The translations under genes were made by a program, and so were the position numbers. From assembly GCA_963739455.1 (NCBI GenBank), contig CAVUAK010000002.1, positions 32,001-96,000 of the forward strand: DNA of 64,000 nt, read 5' to 3'. Under the pieces are notes generated by a model. It did no database searches, was not told where the DNA came from, and saw nothing but the letters and a program-made list of their open reading frames with translations. The first letter of the stretch is position 1, and each line of letters opens with the position of its first letter. Below, one piece after another: positions 34,928 to 43,547 of this stretch. The stretch is from an uncultured Gemmatimonadales bacterium (GTDB lineage Bacteria > Gemmatimonadota > Gemmatimonadetes > Gemmatimonadales > GWC2-71-9).

Positions 34928-35832
34928 GCGCGAGGGTGAAACTGCTTGTGCACGCTGCGCAGGTACTCGCGATCCACGTGAGTGTAGATCTGGGTTGTGG
35001 AGAGGTCGGCATGGCCGAGCATCTCCTGCACCGCCCGGAGGTCGGCGCCCCCCTCGAGCAGGTGCGTCGCGAAGCTGTGGCGGAGCGTGTGAGGCGATAC
35101 CCGCCTGGTCACGCCAGCCTTGTCGGCGGCGTGCTTCACGATGCCCCACGCGCCCACGCGCGACAGCGGGCCACCGCGCGCGTTCAGCAGCACGCGCCCC
35201 TGGCTCTTCCCCCGGTCGAGTTCTGGTCGCACCGTGTGGAGGTACACCGAGAGCGCACCGATGCCGGTTCGTCCAATCGGCACAAGCCGCTCCTTCGATC
35301 CCTTGCCGAAGACCCGAACCAGTCCCTCGGGGATCAGGAGGTCGGCCAGCCCGAGACCGCACAGTTCCGACACCCGCATCCCTGCGCCATAGGCCAGCTC
35401 CAGCAGCACCCGGTCACGCCAGGCCAGCGGCGCCGACACATCCGGCGCGGCGAGCATCGCGTCAATCTCGGAAACCGAGAGCGTCTCGGGCAGCTTCCGC
35501 CAGCGTGCCGGGCTTTCCAGCCGGTCACTGGGGTCGTGCGTCAGCCGTCCCTCGGCGATCATGAAGCCAAAGTAAGTCTTGGTGGCCGAAACGCATCGCC
35601 TTATGCTGGCTGGGCTTAGGCCAACGTCCTTGAGAAGGAACACGAAGTCGCGCAGGAGTCCGCGGGTGAGCTTCTCCGGGGCGCTGATCCCCTTCGAGAG
35701 CGCGAACTCCGCCAGTCGGCGCAGGTCGCGTTGGTAACTCTCCACCGTGTGCGGGCTGTGCCCCGCTTCAAGCGCGAGGTAGTCTGAAAAGCCCTCTAGC
35801 CAGAACGACCGCACGTCGGGCTCGACGCTCAC
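34924..35832 (-). CDS. xerD: Site-specific tyrosine recombinase XerD
   Basis: SAM-like N-terminus (LALEAGHSPHTVESY), GMRVSEL, GKGSKER, HTLRHSFATHLLEGGADLR, LGHADLSTTQIYTHV, HPRA. Confidence 0.9.
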   Translation of the reverse strand: MSVEPDVRSFWLEGFSDYLALEAGHSPHTVESYQRDLRRLAEFALSKGISAPEKLTRGLLRDFVFLLKDVGLSPASIRRCVSATKTYFGFMIAEGRLTHDPSDRLESPARWRKLPETLSVSEIDAMLAAPDVSAPLAWRDRVLLELAYGAGMRVSELCGLGLADLLIPEGLVRVFGKGSKERLVPIGRTGIGALSVYLHTVRPELDRGKSQGRVLLNARGGPLSRVGAWGIVKHAADKAGVTRRVSPHTLRHSFATHLLEGGADLRAVQEMLGHADLSTTQIYTHVDREYLRSVHKQFHPRA

Positions 35833-35909
35833 GGCTAGCGGCTGACGACTCCCTGCCGACTCACGACTCACGACTCACGACTCCCCGCCGACTGCCGACT
35901 CACGACTGA
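35832..35909. repeat. Heptamer tandem repeat (CGACTCA-like) across the dedA-terB/xerD junction
   Basis: cggctag cggctga cgactcc .. cgactca cgactca cgactca cgactcc .. cgactgc cgactca cgactga. Confidence 0.85.
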
Positions 35910-36935
35910 CCACCTCACGCGCGCCACCTCATCCGCACCAAGTCCCAGCAGTTCACTGGCGCGCGCGAGCAGCCACGACTCCTGCTCCGGGTCGACGCTC
36001 CGATCCGCAAATGCCGACTGCCACATCTGCTCGATCAGTTGAAGTCGCCGCTCCTGCGCCACCTCACCACTCAGCCGCTGGCCCAGGCGCTGGAGACGTC
36101 CCTCCTCCTCGCCGGCCTTCCGGCCGGCGTTCACCTCTTCGAGCCGCGGCTGGAGACCCCAGTGCAGGCGCAGGTCGCGCTCGACCCGGCTCCGCTCCTC
36201 CGCGCCAAGACCCGCATCGGCGTAGGCAATCTCGATGACGAGCCGGGCCGCATGCCGAAGGTCGGTTGGCGCCTCGGGGTTGGCGTTGGCGCCCAGCGCC
36301 GCCTTGACCGCTGTCATTACCGGCTCTTCGTGCCGACGCCGGCGCGCGTAGACCACGAGCCCGACCACTGCGGCGAGGACAGCGGTGACCAGGGCGCTCG
36401 TCTTGCCCATGCTGTCGAGCAGTTCCCGAACCCGGCCGAACTCGCTTCCCACGGTGGTCCCGATCCACACCATGGCACCGTACCAGACGCCGGAGACGAG
36501 TGCAATGACGAGGAACACCGGCAGGACCGGAATCCTGAACAGGCCTGCAAAGGGGGGCACCACCGCGCGAATCCCCGGGAGGAAACGCGCGACGATCAGC
36601 CCGACGGTGCCGAGCCGGAGGTAGTCGCGCTCGATCACGGCAATCGACTCGGGCGCCATCAATCGGCGAACCAGCGGAAGCTCGAAGATGCGGCGCCCCG
36701 ATTTCCGGACCACGGCATAGACCAGCATGGCGCCGCCGGCGTTGAACACCCACGCAATCAGGAAGACGGTGAGCGGCGTCGTCGTGCCGGAGTGGGAGAG
36801 AAATCCGCCCAGGGCAATGGCCACATCGGCCGGGACGATCGGAAGGATGTTCTCGAGGAATGCCAGCGCGGCGAGAACCACGTACACTTGGGCCGACGGC
36901 AGGGATGCCAGCCAGCCCAGGACGGCGTCGATCAG
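35868..36935 (-). CDS. DedA-family membrane protein fused to a C-terminal TerB-like domain
   Basis: N-terminal ENILPIVPADV and ARFLPGIRAVVPPFAG (DedA); C-terminal IAYADAGLGAEE...MWQSAFADRSVDPEQE...ELLGL (TerB-like); the frame is open back to about 36935. Confidence 0.8.
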   Translation of the reverse strand: MIDAVLGWLASLPSAQVYVVLAALAFLENILPIVPADVAIALGGFLSHSGTTTPLTVFLIAWVFNAGGAMLVYAVVRKSGRRIFELPLVRRLMAPESIAVIERDYLRLGTVGLIVARFLPGIRAVVPPFAGLFRIPVLPVFLVIALVSGVWYGAMVWIGTTVGSEFGRVRELLDSMGKTSALVTAVLAAVVGLVVYARRRRHEEPVMTAVKAALGANANPEAPTDLRHAARLVIEIAYADAGLGAEERSRVERDLRLHWGLQPRLEEVNAGRKAGEEEGRLQRLGQRLSGEVAQERRLQLIEQMWQSAFADRSVDPEQESWLLARASELLGLGADEVARVRWSVVSRQSAGSRES

Positions 36936-37408
36936 CGTCGCTCCAGGGTCGCCACCGCAATGGCCGCCATGCCCTCGCGGCGGCCGATGAAGCCCATTCC
37001 CTCGTTCGTCTTCCCCTTCACGTTGATGTCACCCGGCGCGGCGCCCAGGACTTCGGCGATCCGTTGCGCCATCTGCGCCGCGTGCGGCCCGATCTTCGGG
37101 GCCTCGGTGATCACCGTGATATCGCACTGCACAAAGGCGTAACCCCGCTCGCGCACCGTGGCGTATGCCTCGCGCAGCAGGACCATCGAGTCGGCATCCT
37201 TCCAGCGCGGATCGGTGTCGGGAAAGAGCCCGCCGATGCTCCCGGCGCCGGCGGCTCCGAGGATGGCGTCGGTGAGTGCGTGGGCAACGACATCGGCGTC
37301 GGAGTGACCAGCGAGCCCTTCGGGGTGCGGAATCGTGACGCCGCCGAGTACCAGGCGCCGGCCGGGCGCAAACCGGTGTGAGTCGTAGCCGATGCCTGTG
37401 CGAGTCAT
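36932..37408 (-). CDS. ispF: 2-C-methyl-D-erythritol 2,4-cyclodiphosphate synthase
   Basis: GIGYDSH, GHSDADV..HA..DAILGA, KGKTNEGMGFIGRREG. Confidence 0.96.
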   Translation of the reverse strand: MTRTGIGYDSHRFAPGRRLVLGGVTIPHPEGLAGHSDADVVAHALTDAILGAAGAGSIGGLFPDTDPRWKDADSMVLLREAYATVRERGYAFVQCDITVITEAPKIGPHAAQMAQRIAEVLGAAPGDINVKGKTNEGMGFIGRREGMAAIAVATLERR

Positions 37409-38463
37409 GCCGCGGCGGTCTGCGGTGACTCGATCAGCGAATAGTCCTGGCGCCGCCGCCTGGGGGTGTACCCCGCATCGGTGATGTTCCGCTCGATCTC
37501 GGCCACCGTGGTGCGAAAGGTCGTGCCTGCCGCCGACACCACGTTCTCTTCCATCATCAGGCTGCCGTAGTCGTTCGCGCCGTAACGCAGTGCCACCTGA
37601 CCCACCTTGTGACCCATCGTCACCCAGGATGACTGCAGGTTCGGCACGTTCGTCAGCACGATACGGCTCATCGCCAGCATCCGCAGGTAGGTGACCGCGT
37701 CGGTCTTCGGCTGGTGCGACATGGTGGGCGTCCCTTCCGGCTGCAGCGGCCAGCAGATGAACGCCGTGAATCCACCGGTCCGGGCCTGCAGGTCGCGCAC
37801 CAGGAACAGGTGCTCCATCCGGTCCTCGTCGGTCTCACCCAGCCCGTACATCATGGTGACGGACGTCTTCATGCCTTGGCGATGGGCTTCCTCCTGCACG
37901 CCAAGCCATTCCTGCGTCTGCGCCTTCTTGGCGGCCACCTGCTGGCGGATTCGATCGACCAGGATCTCGCCACCACCGCCCGGGATGCTGTCCAGCCCCG
38001 CCTCGCGCAGCTGCCGAACCACGTCGGCCACCGGCATCCGGAAGCGCTCGCTGAAGAACACCACCTCCGACGGCGAGAACCCGTGGATGTGAATGCGGTG
38101 ATGCTTCTTGATATAGCGCATCAGCTCGAGATACCACTCAAACGGGATGTACGGGTTGTGTCCGCCCTGCAGGAGGATCTGCACCCCACCGAGGGCCTTG
38201 CACTCGTCGATCTTCTTGCCGATCTGCTCGAAGCTCAGCACGTAACCTTCGTTGTGCTTCGGCCGGCGATAGAACGCGCAGAAGCCGCAGTCGGCCACGC
38301 AGACGTTGGTGTAGTTGATGTTCCGGTCGATGATGTACGACACCACCGGCTCCGGATGCTGCCGCCAGCGCTCGGTGTCGGCCAGCTCGGCCAGTTCCAG
38401 CAGCGGCGCTCGCTGATAGAGCTCCAGGTAGCTCTTGAATTCTGTGGTTGTGCGGTCAACCAT
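37405..38463 (-). CDS. mqnC: Cyclic dehypoxanthine futalosine synthase (radical SAM)
   Basis: IDRNINYTNVC...CGFCAF, QGGHNP, SIPGGGGEIL, QSSWVTMG, GAND.GS.MMEENVV. Confidence 0.92.
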   Translation of the reverse strand: MVDRTTTEFKSYLELYQRAPLLELAELADTERWRQHPEPVVSYIIDRNINYTNVCVADCGFCAFYRRPKHNEGYVLSFEQIGKKIDECKALGGVQILLQGGHNPYIPFEWYLELMRYIKKHHRIHIHGFSPSEVVFFSERFRMPVADVVRQLREAGLDSIPGGGGEILVDRIRQQVAAKKAQTQEWLGVQEEAHRQGMKTSVTMMYGLGETDEDRMEHLFLVRDLQARTGGFTAFICWPLQPEGTPTMSHQPKTDAVTYLRMLAMSRIVLTNVPNLQSSWVTMGHKVGQVALRYGANDYGSLMMEENVVSAAGTTFRTTVAEIERNITDAGYTPRRRRQDYSLIESPQTAAA

Positions 38464-38469
38464 GCGTCC

Positions 38470-38525
38470 AACTCCTGACTCTTAACTCTTAACCCTTAAC
38501 CCTTAACGCCTAACGCCTGACGCCT
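38470..38525. repeat. Drifting heptamer tandem array (8 units) filling the mqnA-mqnC spacer
   Basis: aactcct gactctt aactctt aaccctt aaccctt aacgcct aacgcct gacgcct. Confidence 0.88.
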
Positions 38526-38528
38526 GGC

Positions 38529-39350
38529 TCACGCCGCACTGATAAAACTTAGGCTCCCATCCGGTACCAGCCCATCTTGTGCCAGCCGGCGGAAGAAATC
38601 AGTCAGGCCGGCGAGGTGCCGATAGGAGAACCGGTAGTCCAGGTCGCCCAGATAGTCGCGGCACACTTGCCGGTCGATCCCCGTGGTGGCCCATGCCTGG
38701 TCGGCCAGCAGGTCGAGATGTGCCAGTCCCCAGTCGCGCGACTCGATGAGGCGGGCATGTGCCTCCTGCACCTCTCCCTGGCCTGCCCTCCGCCGCGCCG
38801 CCCATACGGCGAAGACGAACGGCAGGCCGGTCCAGTCCCGCCACGCTTCGCCCAGGTCCGCCTGGTGTGGATAGATCCCCTGCGAGGCAAGCACCAGCGC
38901 GGCATCGCCGATGACCAGCACGGCGTCGTGGGGGAACTGTGCCAGGGCGGCGAGGTCCGTCGCCTCGGCCCGCACCGTGGCGAATCGGGGCGCAACATTC
39001 CATCGATGCCGGCACAGCAGCTCGAGCAGCAGGACCGACGTGCGCGACGACGAGCTGAGGAGCACCGTGGCGCCGTCGAGCGACGTGATCGGGCGCCGGG
39101 AGAAGAGCCGTACGCTGTGCACCGGCCCATCGCAGCTGATGGCGAGGTCCGGTAGCAGGTGATACGCCGCAGCGTTCCGCGCGTACTCCACCGCCGATAC
39201 GACGCTCAGGTCGAGCTCCCCCGCCGCCATCAGGTCGTTGAGGTCCGACGCCGTGCCGGTAACCAGTTCGGCACCGACGCTCACCAGCCCGCGGTCGATC
39301 GCCCCGTACACCGGGTAGCAGTTGATCCAGGGAATGCGGCCGAGTCTCAT
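38529..39350 (-). CDS. mqnA: Chorismate dehydratase (futalosine pathway)
   Basis: GRIPWINCYP, GPVHSV, SSRTSV, IGDAAL, DLGEAW...TGLPFVFAVWA. Confidence 0.92.
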   Translation of the reverse strand: MRLGRIPWINCYPVYGAIDRGLVSVGAELVTGTASDLNDLMAAGELDLSVVSAVEYARNAAAYHLLPDLAISCDGPVHSVRLFSRRPITSLDGATVLLSSSSRTSVLLLELLCRHRWNVAPRFATVRAEATDLAALAQFPHDAVLVIGDAALVLASQGIYPHQADLGEAWRDWTGLPFVFAVWAARRRAGQGEVQEAHARLIESRDWGLAHLDLLADQAWATTGIDRQVCRDYLGDLDYRFSYRHLAGLTDFFRRLAQDGLVPDGSLSFISAA

Positions 39351-40534
39351 GCGGCTGCAGTCGACAGTCGGCCGTCGGCAGTCGTCGGGAAGTCGGCAGC
39401 GGCAAAGTCGCTGCGTACGGCTTCGTACAGGCTGTTGCGCTCGACCGGACGCTTCCCTGCCCCCCTGATCATTTCTACCAGCTGGTCGTACTGCATGTGC
39501 ATCGCCGTGTGCGCGCCCGCCTCGTGATAGATCCGCTCGTACACCACCGTGCCCTCCACGTCGTCGCAGCCGTAAGCCAGCGCGATCTGGGACAGGAACG
39601 GCGTCACCATCGGCCAGTGCGTCTTCACGTGGGGAATATTGTCGAGGTAGAGCCGGCCCACCGCGATGTTTCTCAGGTCCTCATAACCGGTGGTCGCCGA
39701 CCCGACCCGTCCCAGTTCCTCGCCCAGTTCGTTGTTGTCCGGGTGATATGCCAGCGGGATGTACGTCAGGAAGCCCCCGGTCTCGTCCTGCAGCTCGCGC
39801 AGCATGCCGAGGTGCTCGATCCGGTCGTCCATCGTCTCCACGTGCCCGTAGAGCATGGTGCAGTTGGTCGGGATGCCCAGTTCATGGGCCACGCGATGCA
39901 CCCGCAGCCACTCCTGCCCAGTCAGCTTGCGTTCAGCAATCGTCGCGCGCACCGCCGTGCTGAATACCTCGGCCCCGCCACCTGGCAGGCTCGTGAGGCC
40001 CGCTTCCTTCATCGCAATCAGGACGGCGCGCTCCGACGACTTCTCGATCCGCGCGAGGTGCGCGATCTCCACGGCCGTCAGCGCCTTGATGTGCACATCA
40101 GGGTGCCGTTCCTTCAGCCCCCGGATCATGTCGGTGTAGTAGCTCAGCCTGAGCTTCGGGTGCAGGCCCCCGACGATATGAAACTCCTTGGTCGGCATCC
40201 CGCGCGCCTGCTCCGCCTCGGCGAACACCTCGTCGAGTGACCGGGTGTAGCCGCCGTCTTCCTTCGGCATCCGCGCGAACGAGCAGAACGTGCAGGTGTT
40301 CCGCAGTACGCAGATGTTGGTGGGATTGATGTGCTGGTTGGCCGAGAAGAACACCCGGTCGCCGTTCCGGCGCTGGTTCGCCAGGTCAGCGAGCCGCCCC
40401 AGTCCGGTGAGGTCGGGGGTGCTAAAGAGGGTCCGGGCGTCTGCGGCCGAGAGCCGAGCGCCCTCGAGAACCTTCTCGGCGATGGGGCGAAGGGCGGAGT
40501 CGCGCAGCCGGCCGGGATCGATGGTCGGCGACAT
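39347..40534 (-). CDS. mqnE: Aminofutalosine synthase (radical SAM)
   Basis: HINPTNIC...CTFCSF, HIVGGLHP, LPGGGAEVF, TMLYGHVE, GTVVYERIYHEAGA; ATG 40534 with SD AAGGAG. Confidence 0.92.
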   Translation of the reverse strand: MSPTIDPGRLRDSALRPIAEKVLEGARLSAADARTLFSTPDLTGLGRLADLANQRRNGDRVFFSANQHINPTNICVLRNTCTFCSFARMPKEDGGYTRSLDEVFAEAEQARGMPTKEFHIVGGLHPKLRLSYYTDMIRGLKERHPDVHIKALTAVEIAHLARIEKSSERAVLIAMKEAGLTSLPGGGAEVFSTAVRATIAERKLTGQEWLRVHRVAHELGIPTNCTMLYGHVETMDDRIEHLGMLRELQDETGGFLTYIPLAYHPDNNELGEELGRVGSATTGYEDLRNIAVGRLYLDNIPHVKTHWPMVTPFLSQIALAYGCDDVEGTVVYERIYHEAGAHTAMHMQYDQLVEMIRGAGKRPVERNSLYEAVRSDFAAADFPTTADGRLSTAAA

Positions 40535-40614
40535 GCTATCTCCTTGCAGGAGCGTAACTAACGTCTCCAGCAATCTACACCGTCGCCCGCCACAGGTGCC
40601 AGAGTCGGTGGCAG

Positions 40615-41133
40615 CTACTTCTTCTTGCCGCTGCCGGCTCCCCCGGGATGCCAGGCACCCTTGTCCTTCGACCACTCCCACACGTAGGTGTACTCGCGAT
40701 CGGAGACCGGTGTCACGGTGTATTTGATCAGGTAGGATCCGTCGGGCATGCTCATCGGGAAGCTGGTCCAGTGCCACACGCCCGAGACGATGACGCCCGT
40801 CGAACTCACGTCGGCCCCATAGCTGTCGATGCCGTCGAAGGAGTACTTCTTCTTTGCCGTGTTGTACGTGTACGTCGACATCGACTTGCCGGGTCCTGCC
40901 GGTGTCACGAACTCGGCGTGACATACCAGGGCGAAGTGCCCCTCGAACCATTCGCACTTCTCGGTGCCTGTCGTCTTCCCGCCGGCGCCCATCGGGCCCT
41001 TCTGGTCCTCACCCGACAATTCCCAGCTGCCCTCGAAATAGGAAAACTTCGCGGTTTCCCTTGGGGGGCCCTGCGCCGGCATTGAGAGGGGCAATCCGCT
41101 GGTGAGCAGTGCTGCAACGAAGAGCGATCGCAT
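40615..41133 (-). CDS. Secreted beta-barrel protein, DUF1579-like
   Basis: Signal peptide, FEGSW...GTEKCEWFEG...YNTAKKKY...WE.SKD.G.W pattern. Confidence 0.65.
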   Translation of the reverse strand: MRSLFVAALLTSGLPLSMPAQGPPRETAKFSYFEGSWELSGEDQKGPMGAGGKTTGTEKCEWFEGHFALVCHAEFVTPAGPGKSMSTYTYNTAKKKYSFDGIDSYGADVSSTGVIVSGVWHWTSFPMSMPDGSYLIKYTVTPVSDREYTYVWEWSKDKGAWHPGGAGSGKKK

Positions 41134-41229
41134 GAGTCCCTCCGGGGAGGAGTGACGGTGACGGAACGCACTGACAACATGCCATACGGTGCCGGGGGGC
41201 GCCAGAGATACATCGGCGGGCAACAAGAA

Positions 41230-41255
41230 CCCCGATCCATGCCATGCGATCGGGG
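41230..41255 (-). terminator. Intrinsic terminator after fabF
   Basis: ccccgatc / gatcgggg stem followed on the - strand by ttcttgtt. Confidence 0.65.
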
Positions 41256-41285
41256 CTACCCGCCTTACCCGACTTACCCGCCCTG

Positions 41286-42524
41286 TTACTCGAAGCGCTT
41301 CACCGCCAGCGCTGCATTGTGGCCGCCGAACCCGAAGGCATTCGACACCGCGACCTTGAAGTTGCGCTTCACCATCTTGTTCGGCGCGCAGTCCAGGTCG
41401 CACTCCGGGTCCTGGTGGAACTGGTTGATCGTGGGCGGGATCTCGCCCCGCGTCACCGCCAGCAGGGAGACGACGCACTCGAGGCCGCCGGCACCGCCGA
41501 GCAGGTGGCCCGTCATCGACTTGGTGGAGCCGAAGATCAGCTTCCGCGCGTGATCGCCGAACACCGCCTTCACGGCCTGCGTCTCCGCGATGTCGCCGAG
41601 CGGCGTGGAGGTGCCATGGGCGTTCACGTAGCCCACGTCCGTGGGGTCGATCTTGCCGCTCTCCAGGCACATGCGCATGGCGCGCTGGGCACCCTCACCC
41701 TCGGGCGCGGGCGCTGACATGTGATAGGCGTCGCCCGACAGGCCGTAGCCGCAGACCTCACCGAGGATCTCGGCGCCGCGCTTCTCGGCGTGTTCCAGGC
41801 TCTCGAGGATCAGGCACGCGCCGCCGTCACCCAGCACGAACCCGTCGCGATCCTTGTCGAACGGGCGGCTCGCGGTGGTCGGGTCATCGTTGCGGGTGGA
41901 CATCGCCTTCATGTTGGAGAAGGCCGCGATGGTGAGGCCGGTGACGCAGGCTTCCGAGCCCCCCGTCACCATGGCGTCCGCCATGCCGTCCATGATCATG
42001 CGGTACGACTCGCCAATGGCGTGGGCGGACGATGCACACGCCGAGACCGGGGCGAAGTTCGGTCCCTTGAACCCGTACCGCATCGAGACGAGCCCACCGG
42101 CCATGTTCGGGATGAACATCGGGACGAAGAACGGGGAGACCCGGTCGGGTCCCTTGAGGGCGTAGGCGGTGCAGTTGTCCTCGAACGTCTGCATGCCGCC
42201 GATGCCGCTGCCCATCACCACACCGACCCGGTTCTTGTCGGGCGCCGTGTCGGACAGGCGTGACTGCATCACCGCCTGGTGCGCCGCCCCGATCGCATAC
42301 TGCGCGAACAGGTCGTAGCGCTTCGCTTCCTTGCGGTCGATGTACTGCAGGGTGTCGAACCCCTTCACCTCGCAGGCAAAGCGCACGCTCAGGCGCGAGG
42401 GGTCGAACCGCGTGATCGGCCCCGCCCCGGACCGGCCCGCCAGCAGGCCGGCCCAGCTCTCCTCAACCGTGTTGCCGACGGGGGTGACGAGCCCGAGGCC
42501 CGTCACGACGACGCGACGTGCCAA
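41286..42524 (-). CDS. fabF: 3-oxoacyl-ACP synthase II
   Basis: SACASS, NAHGTST, GHLLG, NAFGFGGHN. Confidence 0.97.
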   Translation of the reverse strand: MARRVVVTGLGLVTPVGNTVEESWAGLLAGRSGAGPITRFDPSRLSVRFACEVKGFDTLQYIDRKEAKRYDLFAQYAIGAAHQAVMQSRLSDTAPDKNRVGVVMGSGIGGMQTFEDNCTAYALKGPDRVSPFFVPMFIPNMAGGLVSMRYGFKGPNFAPVSACASSAHAIGESYRMIMDGMADAMVTGGSEACVTGLTIAAFSNMKAMSTRNDDPTTASRPFDKDRDGFVLGDGGACLILESLEHAEKRGAEILGEVCGYGLSGDAYHMSAPAPEGEGAQRAMRMCLESGKIDPTDVGYVNAHGTSTPLGDIAETQAVKAVFGDHARKLIFGSTKSMTGHLLGGAGGLECVVSLLAVTRGEIPPTINQFHQDPECDLDCAPNKMVKRNFKVAVSNAFGFGGHNAALAVKRFE

Positions 42525-42770
42525 TTACTTGCCGATCTTGTCGTGGAGATACTTCATCGCATCACCGACGGTCCGCAGCTTTTCCGCGTCCTCGTCCGGG
42601 ATGTCGATGTCGAACTCCTTCTCGAAGGCCATCACGAGCTCGACCGTGTCAAGGCTGTCGGCCCCGAGGTCTTCCATGAAGCTCGCCTCGCTGGTGAGCT
42701 TCTCGCGCTCGACGCCGAGTTCCTCGACGATGATGTCCTTGACCTTGTCTTCCACGTTGCTGTCGGCCAT
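42525..42770 (-). CDS. acpP: Acyl carrier protein
   Basis: [14 protein letters not shown]. Confidence 0.97.
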   Translation of the reverse strand: MADSNVEDKVKDIIVEELGVEREKLTSEASFMEDLGADSLDTVELVMAFEKEFDIDIPDEDAEKLRTVGDAMKYLHDKIGK

Positions 42771-42806
42771 GTGTTCCTCGATGAAGAATGAATTCCCGCA
42801 GCGCGC

Positions 42807-43547
42807 TCAGATGACCATGCCACCGTCGACCACCAGCACCTGCCCCGTCACGTAACCCGCCAGGTCGGATGCAAGATAGAGCACTGTGTTCGCGATGTCG
42901 TCCGGCGAGCCCAGCCGGCCCAGCGCGATCTGCTCTAATAAGACTTTCCGTGCTTCCTCAGGCAAGGCGGCAGTCATGTCGGTGTCGATGAAGCCCGGGG
43001 CGACGCAATTGATCAGGATGCCCCGGCTGGCGTACTCCTTTGCCGCCGACTTGGTCAGGCCGATGAGACCCGCCTTGCTGGCGGCGTAGTTGGCCTGGCC
43101 CTTGTTGCCGATGATCCCGACGATGCTGGTGATGTTGATGATGCGCCCGCTGCGGCGCTTCATCATGCCCTTCGTCACCGCGCGCATGGTGAGGAATGCC
43201 CCCTTGAGGTTGGCATCCAGCACCGCGTCCCAGTCGGCCTCGCTGAGGCGGAGCAGGATGTTGTCCCGGGTAAGCCCGGCGTTGTTCACCAAGATATCAA
43301 TGGGGCCGAGTGCCTGCTCCACGGCGGCGATGGCCTCGGCCACCTGCGCAGCGTCCGAGATTTCGCAGGCCACGCCAAAGGTACCGGCACCGAGGCTTGC
43401 CGCCACTTCCTGTGCCTTCGCCGCGTCCCGGCCCGTGACGGCAACCCTGGCCCCGGCCGCGTGCAGCGACTTCGCGATGGCGAGCCCGATACCCCGCGTG
43501 CTCCCGGTGACGAACGCCACCTTGCCGGCCAGGTCGATGGTCTTCAT
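42807..43547 (-). CDS. fabG: 3-oxoacyl-ACP reductase
   Basis: TGSTRGIG, NNAGLTRD, NYAASKAG; ATG 43547. Confidence 0.96.
   Translation of the reverse strand: MKTIDLAGKVAFVTGSTRGIGLAIAKSLHAAGARVAVTGRDAAKAQEVAASLGAGTFGVACEISDAAQVAEAIAAVEQALGPIDILVNNAGLTRDNILLRLSEADWDAVLDANLKGAFLTMRAVTKGMMKRRSGRIINITSIVGIIGNKGQANYAASKAGLIGLTKSAAKEYASRGILINCVAPGFIDTDMTAALPEEARKVLLEQIALGRLGSPDDIANTVLYLASDLAGYVTGQVLVVDGGMVI

Noticed and set aside
34924..35832. Tyrosine recombinase as a prophage/island integrase
   Set aside because: The sequence is typical housekeeping XerD, it is flanked by core genes, and there are no att repeats or phage genes.
39347..40957. Long N-terminal extensions in the ORF track (mqnE 536 aa; likewise pyrG 614 aa, fabG 374 aa, fabH 516 aa, TolC 618 aa, nuoI 257 aa)
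   Set aside because: The extensions overlap upstream genes in another frame and look like high-GC read-through; internal starts with SD or ATGA coupling give normal lengths.
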